DNA of 63,247 nt, counting the filler, from Sphacelaria rigidula (taxonomy: Eukaryota), in the NCBI GenBank assembly GCA_964200075.2. It is 5 parts of 5 records of this genome, joined end to end, with 100 filler letters (N's around TTAATTAATTAA, not from the genome) between each part and the next. Parts side by side here need not be neighbours in the genome. Positions count along the whole stretch, not along the records: positions 12,673 to 25,243 come from CAXNAA020003616.1; positions 25,344 to 37,912 come from CAXNAA020003617.1; 3 more parts are not named here. One strand, given 5' to 3'. Below, one piece after another: positions 13,528 through 26,825 of this stretch (position 1 is its first letter; each line of letters opens with the position of its first letter). Under the pieces are notes generated by a model. The model did not search any database. It worked only from the letters and a program-made list of their open reading frames with translations, and was not told the DNA's origin. The translations under genes and the position numbers were made by a program.

Positions 13528-14843
13528 AACGGGGGGGGAAGGGAGGGAGGGAGGGAGGGGGCGGGGGGGGGCATTACAAGGAACGAGTTCTGAGGGATTC
13601 AGCCATATTTAGTAATGCTTATATTCAAAAAGCAGTGCGAATTCCCTGCCGCAAGAACCCCACATTACGCTCGAGAATCTCGAATGATTCCCCCGTTCAT
13701 CCCTTTTTCCGGCCGTTTGTAGGGCATACACATATTCCTGAGTGGAGCCCGAGGTCGCCGGTGGCTCGGTGTTCCATTTCTCGCTCGGTTTTGCTGGTCC
13801 CTCCCGGTGTCCAGCCGTTACATATGCCCTACGTTCTCCCTACAACTTACGGTTCGACCGATTGTTAAGGTTCTGTCTGGAAATGACGGGCGAAATGAGA
13901 AAAGAGATGCACACAACAAGTAAATGATCCTGAATCGAGCCCAAGATCACTTGATATCTCTGGATAATTCTTCTTCCAACGGTTGCACCGGTTTTCTCTC
14001 GGCTTCGCCGGAAATGCCCCCCAAGGACATGTGGAATCGAGTGGACTTTACTGTGCTCCATAACTGACAGCCTTGGATTCGCTTTTACGAGCGCGTGTGT
14101 GGAATTCCGTCTCTTCGAAATCTTGAAAACGACGAGAGACGCGTGGACCAGATGTTATATACAGGATCCTCCCCGTGAACCAACGTGCAACACACTCTCG
14201 GAGCAGTTGGACCCTCGCTCCATATACCGTACCCCACGCGGTTTGCACAAAGTAGGAGACTGAATTTTATTCACGTGCAGAGCTTTAGTTTGTGACGAGT
14301 GGTTTGGAGCGCGTGCCGGTGACACGCGTACAGTAGTTCCCGCGCGATCTGCACGAGTATACCGAACTGACGACGGTGTCTTCTAACACGTGGACAAAGG
14401 TCTCTACTAAGAACATCAGCTCTCAGTCGGAAGCTGAAAAAAAAATGCAACTGGGTTGCTGTGCGTTTTCTGTCCGATTTGTCAAGAGAACTGAGGATAC
14501 GAAACACAGCTCGACCCTTCGTCTCCAACTGGTGGTTTTTCTGGCGGGTGGGCCGGTACGGCTGTGCATACCCTCAAGATCATATAAGCGGTTTGATCCG
14601 TCACGTGTACGTTCCCCCTCGTTCCAACAAATGGTAGTACGCAAGTCTAGATGCAGTCTTGCTCATCTCCCTCCCGCACGAGACGTCCCTCTCCGCGTAC
14701 ACACGTGTAGACCAAGGTGGGAACACGTGAGCTGACATCTGCTCTACCCATACCGTCTATCAATTAAGATTATTTTCGCCTGACTCTCGGTCCGTGATAC
14801 TTGTCTGCTACTGGTGGGTTTTGACCTTTGTTCCTAAACACAG

Positions 14844-15027
14844 GCGGAACCAGGTCACTGGCCAGTGGGTCTACGCTACGGACAACGTCGTGCAGCCGCC
14901 GACCGTCCACTACATCGACAACGAGTACGGGGGGGGCATGCCACAACAGGGTTCACACGGCCAGAACTTTATCCCGGGTGTCGTTCCCCCAGATCCGGTC
15001 AATCACGTTGAAGATGATGGCAATTAG
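14844..15027 (+). CDS. Possible terminal coding exon of an unidentified gene
   Basis: Acceptor ttcctaaacacAG at 14842-14843; open frame RNQVTGQWVYATDNVVQPPTVHYIDNEYGGG...DDGN* with coding-like codon use. Confidence 0.45.
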
Positions 15028-16203
15028 GCAAGAAGTACCGGCCATGCATAAAGAGCCTATGTGCAAAATATTTATTCAAAATTTTGATGCGCGAGTTGTG
15101 ACACCTGTCTTCTGGGGAATCAGCGAGGCATCCGTTCCCTTACTGTATCGTCGTTATTCGAAACACGTCGATTATTCCCCTTACTGTATCAGTATTGTAA
15201 TATGAGCGCCAGAACGTTGCCTCTTGTAGATACTGCATTCCAGAGGTAAATTCAGCCCTACCAGCAAACGTATCGCTGCCATTATAGTGTGAGCAAGGTG
15301 CACTGGTGTTCTCCGCGCCACTGCGGAATTGGCGTGGTGATTCTTGTCGTTGATAGCTGCCACAGAAGAAGTACTCGTGAGCGCATGGGCATATATAGAA
15401 GCAAACGCGAAGTAGATCAACCCCAGTAAGTGTGCTTGGGGCGACGTGGAGTGGGGCGGAGTGTACGGTGCAGTGGGGTACTGTCTGTGGGGTGGTGCTG
15501 TGGGAATGGTTACATTGTTACGCTCTAAGCGATGCAGACTCCTGTGTATCTCGAGCGTGTTCTGTGAGTGATGCGGAGTGCGAATATCCTCGCTCAGTCC
15601 GCGCTGGAACGGTGCGCATTCGAGCATGCTAGGGTCGAACAGCGCTGGACGTGCTCCCGTCGCGCGAAGTCATGCGCTTGCTCACGGGTGTCTTTTGATG
15701 TGTGTCATGTGGTGCAATCTGTATACAGTGGACACGGCAAGTGGTAGCCAACTTGTACCCGGCCTACGGCTGCGTGTGTTTCCTGAGTGGCGATGTGTGC
15801 TATTTCCTCCATGTGTCAAATGTCAAGTGATTAGTGATGCACCTCGTCCTCCTTTTGCCGCGATAGACGGGGTCAAGGAGGATGGATGGGGTGAAAGCAG
15901 GCGTGTGCTGTGGTGTACGCCATTTACCACGTGTGTGGGGTGTCAAGTGCTTTAGTGATGCACTTCGTCCTCCGTGTATCGTCATAGTGTATAATCCCGA
16001 CGGGATCGAGGAAGAGGGATGGGGGGGAGGGGACATGTGCTGTGTGGCGCAATGTGCGATTGCTACGGCAGTGTTCCAGGCTCATGGCCAATACTGTGGT
16101 GCCTGTGCCTTGTAGATGCCATGTTTTACAACGTGACTTTTGCACTTTGGATGTACTGCAATAGGACGCAGTCCCAACAGGGGGAAGCAGGATGATGTGT
16201 GTG

Positions 16204-16217
16204 TGAGAGAGAGAGAG

Positions 16218-16279
<62 letters not shown>
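16204..16279. repeat. (GA)n microsatellite
   Basis: Read directly. Confidence 0.95.
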
Positions 16280-16281
<2 letters not shown>

Positions 16282-19249
16282 TGTGGAGTGGTTTGAGGCA
16301 GGTTTTGTTGTGTGTGTGCGAGTGTGAGTGTTTTTGTGCGCCACACAGGCGTAGCGCCCAGTCTTCAATTTGCCCTCCGTATGTTATTTCAGTCAGGCAC
16401 TTAGAAGAAGTAGGCCACGGGGGTCTGTGCAGTGATAACCCACCGAACTGTGTTTTTGTCCGTGCGTTCTTGTGTGTCTCTTTGAGGCTTTCAGCGTCAA
16501 CGCAACTGGAACATTTGGTAATGCTTATAACGCGAGTTATTCAGTACCCGGTTTATTTTTTGTGGTCGGTTCCAGGCTTTTTGCGACACCACAAGAGTGC
16601 GTAGAAGGTCCGAGGCTTGAGTTGATACCGTGTACCACGAGCAAATGTTCGCCGTGCGGGAGGGAATGGTGACATCGCAAACAGGTTACATTGCTGGAAG
16701 TGTCCCACGTCGTTGTCCGACAGATCACATCAAAGGAATCGTACCGTTGTACTGCAAAAGACACCGTCAAATTGGATGCGGGTCTATATCCCGGCCCGGT
16801 TTGCTCACGACTACGAAAATCGAATGCTGAACACGAAACAGATGCCATCTCCAACCAAGACTTCACTCGCTCCTGTCAAGGCAGGAGAGGCCGGGAGTTT
16901 ACTCCGTTCAACTTCCCATGCCCGATTTCCTGTGATGGCATGGCTCGGCGCTGAATATATTTCTCCGTGCACTCCCGAGCTAGACGTTGGGGAGGGTCTC
17001 CTCGTAATGTTTTGCGCATATGTTGTCGATGATGCATCGCTCCAGATCTTTGACCTACCGTAGAGATGACTAAAACAATGAACGCGTGTAAGCTTTCCCG
17101 TCACAACAGGTACAATGATTGACAGCTCTGAACGAACATATGCAGTCGTGACAGCAGCCCGTACGTGCTCAGCAGGAGAACGGACTGATTTATTGATTCA
17201 TCGCCGCATAGTAAGTGACTCGCTGCGGATCCAGCCGTGGTCATGAGATGGGCGTACCCGAGGTAGCATGAACTGAAACACTCGCTGGACTTGACTCGAT
17301 TGATGAAGAGAATTATTATGGGAAAATGAAGGGGAGATAAAACCAAAGTAAATTGCAGACGACGAACACATGGAGGAATGACGGAAAACATTATGAACGG
17401 AAAAGAGAAACACAGAAAGCATGCCAGGCTTAGATCTCGCACCGACCCCGAAAATAGGAATGATGGAAGCAGTGCGGACCCTGCAACCGGGCAGTGTTTC
17501 AGTACCCGGGGACGATCGAAGTTTGTACTAGACAAAGTTGGTCGTGCTCACCACTTCTCTCGGTGAAAACAACTCCTCACTTTCTTGGAAGAATTTCGAA
17601 CAACATACGTGACCAATGTCACAATATGTTGTTTCGCTTAACAAAGGCGTTGCCTGCAACTTCTTACGGCGTAGTATCCGTGGGGACGTGCTCTTCGACC
17701 ATCCTCGAACAATAAAGCATGCAAAAAGAAAGGATGAATTCTATGCTACTGCTCGCTGGCGGGTAGTAATCATTTTGCGGTTAGGCGAGGGGCGGGCTTC
17801 GAGGCGATCTGGTGTAGTAGGGGAGCCGCCTCGGGAAGGGACCCTGAAGCATGGTCTAGTTGCTTTTGCTCTGGATTCCCCACTCCTGCTTCGATATCGA
17901 TCCCATGCACTGTCGTTATGGCACAGCTAAAGTATGTAACTGAACGATTCCGATTTGATTGCTCATCGGGGCTGGAAAACAAAGAATATTTCCTTCCATA
18001 ATTCTCCCCCTTCAGGAAGGTCACTCGGGATCGGGCGTACCAGTATGATCGGGAAGTCGTACTCAATACACGTACTACAGCTCCTGGGCGATCGACGCCG
18101 CACGAACGCACAAGCACCTATCGTTTGTTTGACATTACCAGAGCGAAATTGTTCCAAATGCCTCGAGGAACACTTGACTGGCGCGAGTGAGGAGAGAGAT
18201 TTACGCTCCCATACGGCCTGTTGTCGGCGCGAGCGAATCTGGCGCAATACCAAGTGCGTACTCGTAAGCAGTAAGATACGTACCAAGCATTGCTCAACTT
18301 GACGTACTTGAGATATGCGCGATATTTGCTGAACATGCCCCCCAAAACAGGCGCCAAGCGCCAACTCTAGGGGCGTGGTGTCTTGACTTCCATCTTCGGG
18401 CGCCCTTGGCTGGGTGGGTGACGGACGATGATTGAAAGAGATGTGATGATGCGCGCAATTCCATCTCATCGATCATACTGACGCTCCAGGATCTGCCTGG
18501 ATACAAGGGAAATGGATATCAAGATTGGATCATGACATACAGGGGAAGTACGAATAAGAGACTAGTTCTGTTATTGAGGTATACCCGATGTAGTGCTTGC
18601 TACAGAAGGTACGTGCTACTGGGGAAGACAGACAGCCATTGACCTTCGACAGACACAAGTGGGTATAGCCGCCGACTTTTACGCCAAAATGGAGGTACAG
18701 GTAAACGCGACCGCGTAAGCTTCCGGTGCCAAGCTCAAACCGCTCAAAGCTCAAACGTAACCCAAAGAAAACGCGCCCGCAACCCATGTAGAGCATGCAC
18801 ACCGCCTTTTGCTAACTCTCGGGGGCGATTCAGGGCCACACCGCACCGTGGGCCACTAGGGCTTGACAGCGCACCTACTTCCGTCTGACAATCAGATGGG
18901 TATACCCACCAGCACCCGCTAGCTTTATCCCGTACCCTCTTTGTCCAAAGTGTACCCACTCTTGCTCAATCTGTACCCATCTTCGACCACTCTCGGTCCT
19001 CCAAAGCCATCCCCACGTCACCACGCCTTAGAAAATCGAATGGTCTAATATATTATCTATCGTGCCTTTTCCAGCTTTCTACGGAGTAACTACCAGATGT
19101 GGCGGGTTGGAGCTAGCGGCCGACGCGGACTGGGAAGGTTGCACCCTCCCCGCGAGACCAAAAGGTAAGGCAAGTATCATGACCGACGTACAAAACAAAT
19201 CAGAACAGAAACAAACACTCGGTTGTATACTAAGAAGGAGAGACACAAC

Positions 19250-21890
19250 GAAAATGAGGGCAGAAAGAATAGAGATGCGTGTCAATTTAGAGAAGGCTAG
19301 AGCTCGATCGTGTATAGGGAAGCTCAAAGTGGTGACCTATAACGTCTGTACCCTGTCCCTCGCGAGAAAGAACGGACCTGGCTATACTGAGGTCGTTCTG
19401 CAAGCATGTCAAGCGCTGAGGTGTGACGTCAGCGGACTGCAGGAGACAAGGAGAGCGTGCCGCACAGAGTTTGTTGCGGCAGCATATCGTGTCTTTGGCT
19501 GTGGGGCGAAAGGGGGGGCAAGGGAAGGGCTGGACAACGTGGGGTCGGGTTGGCGGTCAAGGAGTAGATCATGAATAAGGCGACGAAGACTCAGGCACTT
19601 ATCAGTGAACGCCTCACCTCGATGACTTTCAACCTTCAGGGCAAATCAAATGCTGCTGCGTTTGTGGCTACGTGTGCCCCTACAGACACAACGAAGTGAG
19701 TGATATGTCCTGGACTGGGTTGGACAGCATTGTGGACCGAGTCCCCAGCAAACACGACTTGTTTTTGTGAAGGGACGCCGGCGCTAGGACTGGGGTACGA
19801 ACGAGCCAGGAGGAATGCAAAATAGTGGGGGCACACGGCCAGGATTCCCTATCCAACGACAGTAACGATATCTCTTAGCTACAAGCTGTGAGAGATAACA
19901 GGCTTGCCCCGGTCAACACGCTTTTTCCACCCCCAAGGGAAGCACATCGCGTACGTTCAACGGTATTGCGAATCGTCCCGCCGACAAAAAACGCGTTGAC
20001 TACATGCTCACACAGCAAGATCACTGCAGGCTTGTTCGCAATGACATCGTCCTTCTTCAACCACCCTACTCGCCAGACTCTGTCGAAATATCGTGCGCGC
20101 CTCCGTGCGGCTCCTTCGTTGCTTCGCACTCAACAAACCTAGGCGAGTCCCATCTGGGCGCAGACCAATCGACAGGCGGGTAATAGTATATGACACCGAT
20201 AGAAGCGGGCAACCAGCTTATCATTAGCGAGCTCAAACAGGTTAGACCTGGCGGTACAGTGAGTGCACTAGCTGCGAACGTTGCCGACGTATTCGTGAGT
20301 GCCGCTGAGAAGGCGGCGCCGTGTGAGACCCGAAAGCCAGGTTTACCGGGGTGGTTTGAGGATGCCGTCTTCCGAACGGAATCCAAACAGGTCTGGAATG
20401 AGGAGGAAAGGGCGAGATCGACGGTACGACTGAGACCATCGACGTTTGAACCTGCACTGTGCACATCGCGAGCAGCGTGTCGAGTTTCAAAGAGGTGATC
20501 CACGTTGGGATTGACAAGTATCTGAATGTGTGCGCTAGAAATTTGAGGAAGTTTATTCGAGTTGTGGACATGAGAGAACGGTATGGTCATCTCGAAGGGG
20601 GGTGGGGACTGTCAAGACAACCGGTAGGGAGCGAGCAGTACACCCGAGACGAGGACGGGAAGATACTGCGAGGCAAAGGTTCAGTCAGTGATACACGGGA
20701 GCAGTACTTCTCCACATTACTGAACTCCATATCGGCAACCGTCGACCGAACCGACATCGTGCGCATTGCACAACGACCGATAGCACTGTCGCTGGGAAAC
20801 CCACCAAGCCCTCATGGAACTGAGGAGGCTCCGAGAGCTACTGTATGTCAAACAGCAAGGCGAAGGGTCCGGATGGCCTACCTGCCGAACTCCTGAAGCT
20901 TGGACGGATCGGGGAGATTTCGGAAATTCTGTACCATTTCAACGGCATCGTCGCTACGGTCTGGACGTTTTGCGAGGTGCCGCAGGAATGGAAAGACCGA
21001 GTGTGGTAGCTACAGGGACACTTCACTCGTGGCACATGTTGCTACAGTTCTCCTTAAAATCGTAACCAACAAGCTCGGTAGTTTCTGTGAGGAAACTTCC
21101 AGGAAGAGGAGTACGCATTTCGGCGCCAACAATTGACCACCGACATGGTGTTCGTAGGACGCCGACTACAGGAATTGGGACGAGCGAGCAGTGTCCCACT
21201 AAACATATGTTTCATCGATCTGCAGAAAGCCTTCGATTTTGTAGACCGCACGGTCCTGAGGGAAGTGCTTGCCTGGTTTGGAGTCCCGCCGGGGATGATC
21301 ACGATCATTCATATTCCACGATGGCTTGCGAGTCCGACTCCAGCTGGGCAGTGGAGAACTATCAGCTTGGTTCCACGTGTGCCAGGGACTCAGACAAGGT
21401 TGCGTTTCGTCCCCGCCGTTGCTTAACATCTTCGGCGCAGTCTTAGCCGACGTGGTCATACCGCTGTTCGCGGTGGATCCAGTTATCGTCTAAGACTTGG
21501 TTTGCTTACATAATGCGCCAAAAGGTGACGATTGTTAACTTCTGGGAGGGGTGCAGACGGGGAAGGTACCGCGCGGTCTGGGCAATGGTTTATGCGGATG
21601 ACGCTGGCATAGTCTCGAGGACCCCAGCCTTCCTCTCTAGAATTATTTTGCAGTGATAGTGGTGAACCGCCAGGATTCGTATTGACGGTATCGGAGAGCA
21701 AGACAGAGTCCATGGGCCTGCGGTCAGTATCCAGCTCCACAGAGACCGCCCTGCACATCAGCGCGGCCGGTCTACGGTATAAGCAGATGACCAAGTTTGT
21801 TCACTTCGGTGGTGTTGTCAGCGCGGGTGCGAAAATACCCATCGAAATCAATCGCCTCATCAGCGCTCCGTGGGCACGTCCCCAAAATGC
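19250..21890 (+). mobile_element. Degenerate near-complete LINE (RTE-like single ORF): AP endonuclease plus reverse transcriptase
   Basis: APE motifs VVTYNV, CDVSGLQETRR, GVGLAVK, CAPT and VDYML (about 19330-20010). RT motifs DGLPAELLK (about 20872), CFIDLQKAFDFVDR (about 21207), QGLRQGC (about 21383) and MVYADDAG (about 21585). Many frameshifts and stops. Confidence 0.9.
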
Positions 21891-22342
21891 GTGACGGCCA
21901 GTACTGAATCCATTGTTTTAACCAGCCATCGATGATGCGACAATCGCCCGTTGGTGACGAAAGCGCCTAGCTTGACCCTGACACCAGCCCCGAGATCGCA
22001 ACGGTACGACTTTCCACAACCCCCGGGATCACAAAAGACCGACGCGCTGTGAGTTGTGAGTCCAGTCATTGCGTCGATGCGGAGACACGCGGGAATCATT
22101 CCCTGGGAGAAAGGGGCGTGGTCGTTGTGGCGTTCGTGAACGGCAAATGAGCGGGAAAAAAGCCGAATATGTGGGCGCCGTGGTTGGAGTTGGCACGTAG
22201 ACTCCCTTGCGCGCGATGTGCCCCATCAGGTACAGTGTAGAGAGCGATAGCCTAGCACAGGTATGTTCTCGGGCGATCGGTGGCCCAGATAAGGTAGGAT
22301 TGAAAAATAGTTCCTAGATCAGGTACACCTGGCCGAAATTCG

Positions 22343-22587
22343 GCCTAGAAAAGGTGAGCGGTTTCTGGAAGCGGGACGTCCATTTTCACGTGGCCATATC
22401 TCGCGGGAAACATGTGTCAATTTCCCGTTTTTCTTCGAGTTTCAGGCGCCAATGCCCCCCCCTAGTGATGTGCGTAAAAAATACGGAGCGGAAACGGTCA
22501 AAATGGCGTGTTTCGCTGTTTTCGCGTTTCTGGGGATTTTTCGTGCCATTTTTAGGCGAAAAACGAGAAGATATACCTTTTCTAGGC
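22343..22587. mobile_element. MITE-like element bounded by a perfect 13-bp inverted repeat
   Basis: GCCTAGAAAAGGT (22343-22355) and ACCTTTTCTAGGC (22575-22587). The same motif marks the ends of the 32952-35560 element. Confidence 0.55.
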
Positions 22588-22699
22588 AATTGCCCGAATA
22601 TAAACTGTCACCACTCGGTTCCCATCTGAAAAGCAGTCACCGGATCGTCCACCACCGGGTAATAATCTACAAGTGAAGCGCCGTCTTTTCTCGATCCCG

Positions 22700-23800
22700 C
22701 CAAGATGTTTGGCTCATCTAAAATGTATCTATGTGTTGCTCGGCATACGTGCATATGAGCCTTCTGTAGCGTTATAATGAGTCTAGTGCCATACGAAGTC
22801 GTGCGTGCAGCACAGTATTGCAGTAAATTGTATATAGGACGGTGCTTCATGCTGAACGCCCAAAATTTACTCCCTGGCGATTTATCACGCGGGTTTCTCG
22901 ATGTAGACACTGAAATGCCACGCGTGTGCCACGGGACATGCCGAATATTTGAACGGGTATTTTTTGTCTTTTCGGCGTTCACCGGAAATCCGGGGTGCCG
23001 AGGGCTCCGAGGCTAATGCCGCCTCGTGGGAGCTCGGATTTCTGGCAAAAAAAACGAAAATGAAAAACACCCAGAGTAAGTTTCGCAATATTCCATAGCA
23101 CACGTCTGTAAATTTCGTGAAAATCGCGCGCGTGTGCTTAAAAGTGTGCAAATGTATGCGGAAACCCCTATTTACTTTATCATAGTACTCTACCGACATT
23201 TTTCTTGTGCGTTGAAGATTGCATCAATCGCTTGGTGAAATCAGTTCCCCAAGTAACGCGACGAAACTTTGTACAAACGTTTCTTGGATTACCTTGGGAA
23301 GAGAAACACTGAATTTCTTACTTCAAGGCATTCTTTACCGGCTTCTGGACTTTTAGCGCCGGGATCTCCGGAAGCCGGTAGAGAGCGGTTAAACTTTGAA
23401 AAAATCTTCAATGATATTTCTTCATTTGGAGCACCCATATCTACAAAACCGCGAAGCTTGAAGATGATCGGGTTTTCTACGAAACCGTCACGAGGTCTTT
23501 TGGGTCCTTGACTCATGTCATCAGCGGGAATCCGATGACGTCAGACGCCCAAACCACCGAATACCACGGTTACGGGTGTAATTCGATCCCATACAAACCG
23601 TTTTCAAATCTGTTTTGCGTTGGATTCCCCAGCTGATGACGATTGCTAAGATTTGGTTCATGATGAGATCAGGTAAAAAAATTGTCGGGAAGTCGCATTT
23701 TGAGTTTCAGAACGATTTGAAGGCCCCTGATCCGCCGATGACCGCTTTCACTACTAGCGCCACAGCAAACGGCGTGAGAAAATTCTGGCTTTGTCCCACT
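22700..23800. mobile_element. Dispersed non-coding repeat family (probable non-autonomous DNA transposon pieces)
   Basis: About 22780-23350 matches the reverse complement of about 31760-32300 (e.g. GACGAAACTTTGTACAAACGTTTC). About 23690-23790 matches about 34040-34135 and the reverse complement of about 30000-30090. Confidence 0.7.
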
Positions 23801-24399
23801 GACCACTTGCTCGTGGGGTTGTTCACTGTGATACCAAATATATTTCTGGTCACAACCGCAGTTTCCTACAAGAAGATGACGAATAAGGTGCATCCACTCT
23901 TATCAGCGTGTTTTAGAGCGATCTTAAACGTGGACAGCACACCGATGGACTCGGCGGGGGAGACGACGTTGAAAATCCCCCTCCCCCCTTCGAGTACACC
24001 CCCCCCCTTCGCGTGACGGCGTCGGTTGGCATCGACGCTGAAATACACGCTACTCACGGCGTAAGCTAGACAATCAGGTTTCCTGTTTCTTTCCTCGCAT
24101 GCGTTTGTTTGCGGTAACCATGATGGTGTAGAGTAAGATCATACTGTGCGGGGTGGAGGACATCAACTCCGCGCGAAGAGAATGATCATACAACGTTGTG
24201 GTTCAACGGGGAACACCCATGATGAGGCAGTGCAACCGTGACTCTATCCGGAAATAGCAATGCCATGGAAAATGAAGCAACTCGTCAAAAGCTATCACCC
24301 ATATGCAATATATACTAGTACGCTTCGAGCCGAACAATCTCATCAAGATGCATGCTCATCCCTCATGCTACTCGCCGGACTCATCACGGCACTCCACGC

Positions 24400-24710
24400 T
24401 TTGTGCTTGATAGCAAGTCTGGTCCAGCGAAAACCTGACGTGCTCCGCCCGACTTCGTAGGGATGCGAGGTCAACGGTGGACGAGGAAGAACACCTGAAA
24501 ATATACGGCGGGTTGAGAGAGGGGATAGGGATGAAAATATAGCTGCATGACCCAATGATGGATGCGGCGAAGAGGTTGAAACTGCGATTTTGGGTGGGGG
24601 GGCTGCACCTGCAACAAAGAAGAAAAAAATGTATCAGTGGTCGAGTGGAGGAGGTAATAGATGCATATAACTGCCCCTGTGGCACAGCAGTAGAGAGCAG
24701 AAGTCCTACT
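24400..24710 (+). mobile_element. LINE 3'-end motif followed by a LINE C-terminal fragment
   Basis: 24478-24702 is similar to the reverse complement of about 1195-1415. 24400-24476 resembles the terminus seen at 44390-44520 (-) and 25165-25215. Confidence 0.7.
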
Positions 24711-24794
24711 TCCTCTGTCCCATAAGTCAAAAGGTACCTAAATTTTACGGGCCCTTAACGATGTCCGATTCTTTTTCTCTTTAAATGAACTCCA

Positions 24795-25153
24795 GGGTGT
24801 TTTTTGGGTTAAGAAAACATGTTTAAAATTTGCAGCTCGTGCTTGAACCATGCCGCCGAACGGCTGCAAAAAAAGCAGTCGCCCCAAAAATGGCCGTTTT
24901 CTGCACCTTTTCGAGGGGAAAAAAAGTGTCGTTATTTTTCAGTTTTTTTTAATCGCGTGGGACTTCCTGGCAGCAAGCCCCAGTGAAGGCGGCGGGGGTG
25001 AGTAATAAAAAAAAATCGACACTTTTTTCTCCTCGGAAAGGGGCAAAGAACGGCCATTTTTCGGCCGACTACTTTTCTTGCAGCCGTTCGGTGGCATGGT
25101 TCAAGCACGAGCTGCAAATTTTAAACACATTTTCTTGACCCAAAAAACACCCC
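24795..25153. repeat. Foldback/MITE with about 140-bp inverted arms
   Basis: GGGTGTTTTTTGGGTTAAGAAAACATGTTTAAAATTTGCAGCTCGTGCTTGAACCATGCC (24795 onward) pairs with GGCATGGTTCAAGCACGAGCTGCAAATTTTAAACACATTTTCTTGACCCAAAAAACACCCC (ending 25153). Confidence 0.9.
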
Positions 25154-25243
25154 ACCTAGAGCTCATGCCTGGTCCGGCGGGAACCCGGCGTGCTCCGTCC
25201 CGGCTTTGTAGGGGCGGACCCCCGATGGGGCTGGCGTCGCTTG

Positions 25244-25343
25244 NNNNNNNNNNNNNNNNNNNNNNNNNNNNNNNNNNNNNNNNNNNNTTAATTAATTAAN
25301 NNNNNNNNNNNNNNNNNNNNNNNNNNNNNNNNNNNNNNNNNNN
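25244..25343. other. Artificial contig linker
   Basis: N44-TTAATTAATTAA-N44. Confidence 0.98.
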
Positions 25344-25974
25344 CAATCTCACGAAAAAGTTTACAGCCAATGCAGACAATACAGTACTGTTGTGTGTCTC
25401 CTGTCCGTGCTTTCCTTTCAGTCAAGTACTACCGTGCAGTGAAGAGCACAACCGTCACTTGTACCGTCAATTATTAGTCCAGCAAGGCGGTGTTCGTATT
25501 GATCGTCTTCCGTCACGCAGCCCACCATGTATTGCTCAGGCGATGTATCACAACAGTCGTACAGACGGATCGTACACCACGACACGACAGCGGAGTGCTG
25601 CGCCAATCTCGCGCGCCCCAGATTTTGAAATTATGCCTGCACACCTCATAGAAAACGATGAGCACTGCGTTTCCAATTTTGACGGCGCGTCGATCACGTG
25701 AGGAAGGCTACCTTGAAAAATTATATGGAAAATCGCGCTGATGAGAAACGGCTTTTCTGACAACGTGTTTTTCATATATAAGAAGTAGCCTTGAATGTGG
25801 TCGAGGTGATCATAATTTTATGATCGTGACGTGTGGTGGGGGAGAGTGCGAAATTTTTGCAATAGTACCATAACTATACCGACTATACCATGGTCATTCA
25901 AACTCGCTCGTATTCATTGAAGCACCATCTTCCAGGATTTTCGAATTCATTACAAAGTTGGGTTTCACCACTGC

Positions 25975-26290
25975 ATGTGACGCATTAATGACGTTTCATG
26001 CAACGTGTAACGTAACATATACCGTTACGTGAAACGTATAACGTCTAATGTACGTGTAACGTGTAATAGACGTTACACGTTACATGAAACGTCACATTAC
26101 GTGATTTGAACGTTTGGGCAATGAAACGTTCACGTTACGTTACGTATGTCACGTTTAAAAAATTAACGATACGTTAACGTTTCATATGAAATTTTAACGT
26201 TACCTTCATCACGTGAACGTTTTATAACGTTCACGTCACGTTGCGGCGGAAACGTAACGTGTAACACTGTGGCACGTGTAACGTGTAGAC
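25975..26290. repeat. ACGT-rich degenerate short-motif array
   Basis: Dense AACGT/TACGT/CACGT motifs in both orientations. Confidence 0.8.
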
Positions 26291-26295
26291 CCCTG

Positions 26296-26825
26296 GGTAT
26301 TGTGAAATGTCAAACCTACGATACGTACGATACCAGGGTACTTTGAGATTCCAATACCTACCGTACCCGCCTACTCCGGTATTTTGAAATATCATATCTA
26401 CGATACGTACGATACCAGAGTATCTCGAGATTTCAATACCTACCGTACCCACCCAATCCGGTATTTTGAAATGCCATACCTACGATACCTACGATATCAG
26501 GGTATTTCGAAATTTCAAAACCTACCGTACCCGCCCAGTTCGGTATTTTCAAATGTCATACCTACGATACCTGCGATACCAGGGTATTTCGAGCTTTTAA
26601 AACCTACCGTACCCGCCCAATCCGGTATTTTGGAATGTCATACCTACGATACGTTCGATACCACGGTATTTAGAGATTTCAATACCTACGGTAAAATGGC
26701 CCAATCCAGTATTTTGAAATGTCATACCTACGATACCACGGTATTTCGAGATTTCAATACCTACCGTACCCGCCCAATCCGGTATTTTGAAATGCCATAC
26801 CTACGATACCTACGCATACCACGGT
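26296..26825. repeat. Minisatellite, unit about 82 bp, about 6.5 copies
   Basis: GGTATT(T/G)TGAAAT-like unit starts recur at 26296, 26378, 26460, 26542, 26624, about 26708 and about 26781. Each unit contains TACCTACGATAC and TACCTACCGTACCC. Confidence 0.9.

Noticed and set aside
26296-26825. CRISPR-like array or repeat protein (ORF 26384-26827)
   Set aside because: The whole 82-bp unit repeats with no unique spacers, there are no cas genes, the context is eukaryotic, and the unit length is not a multiple of 3.
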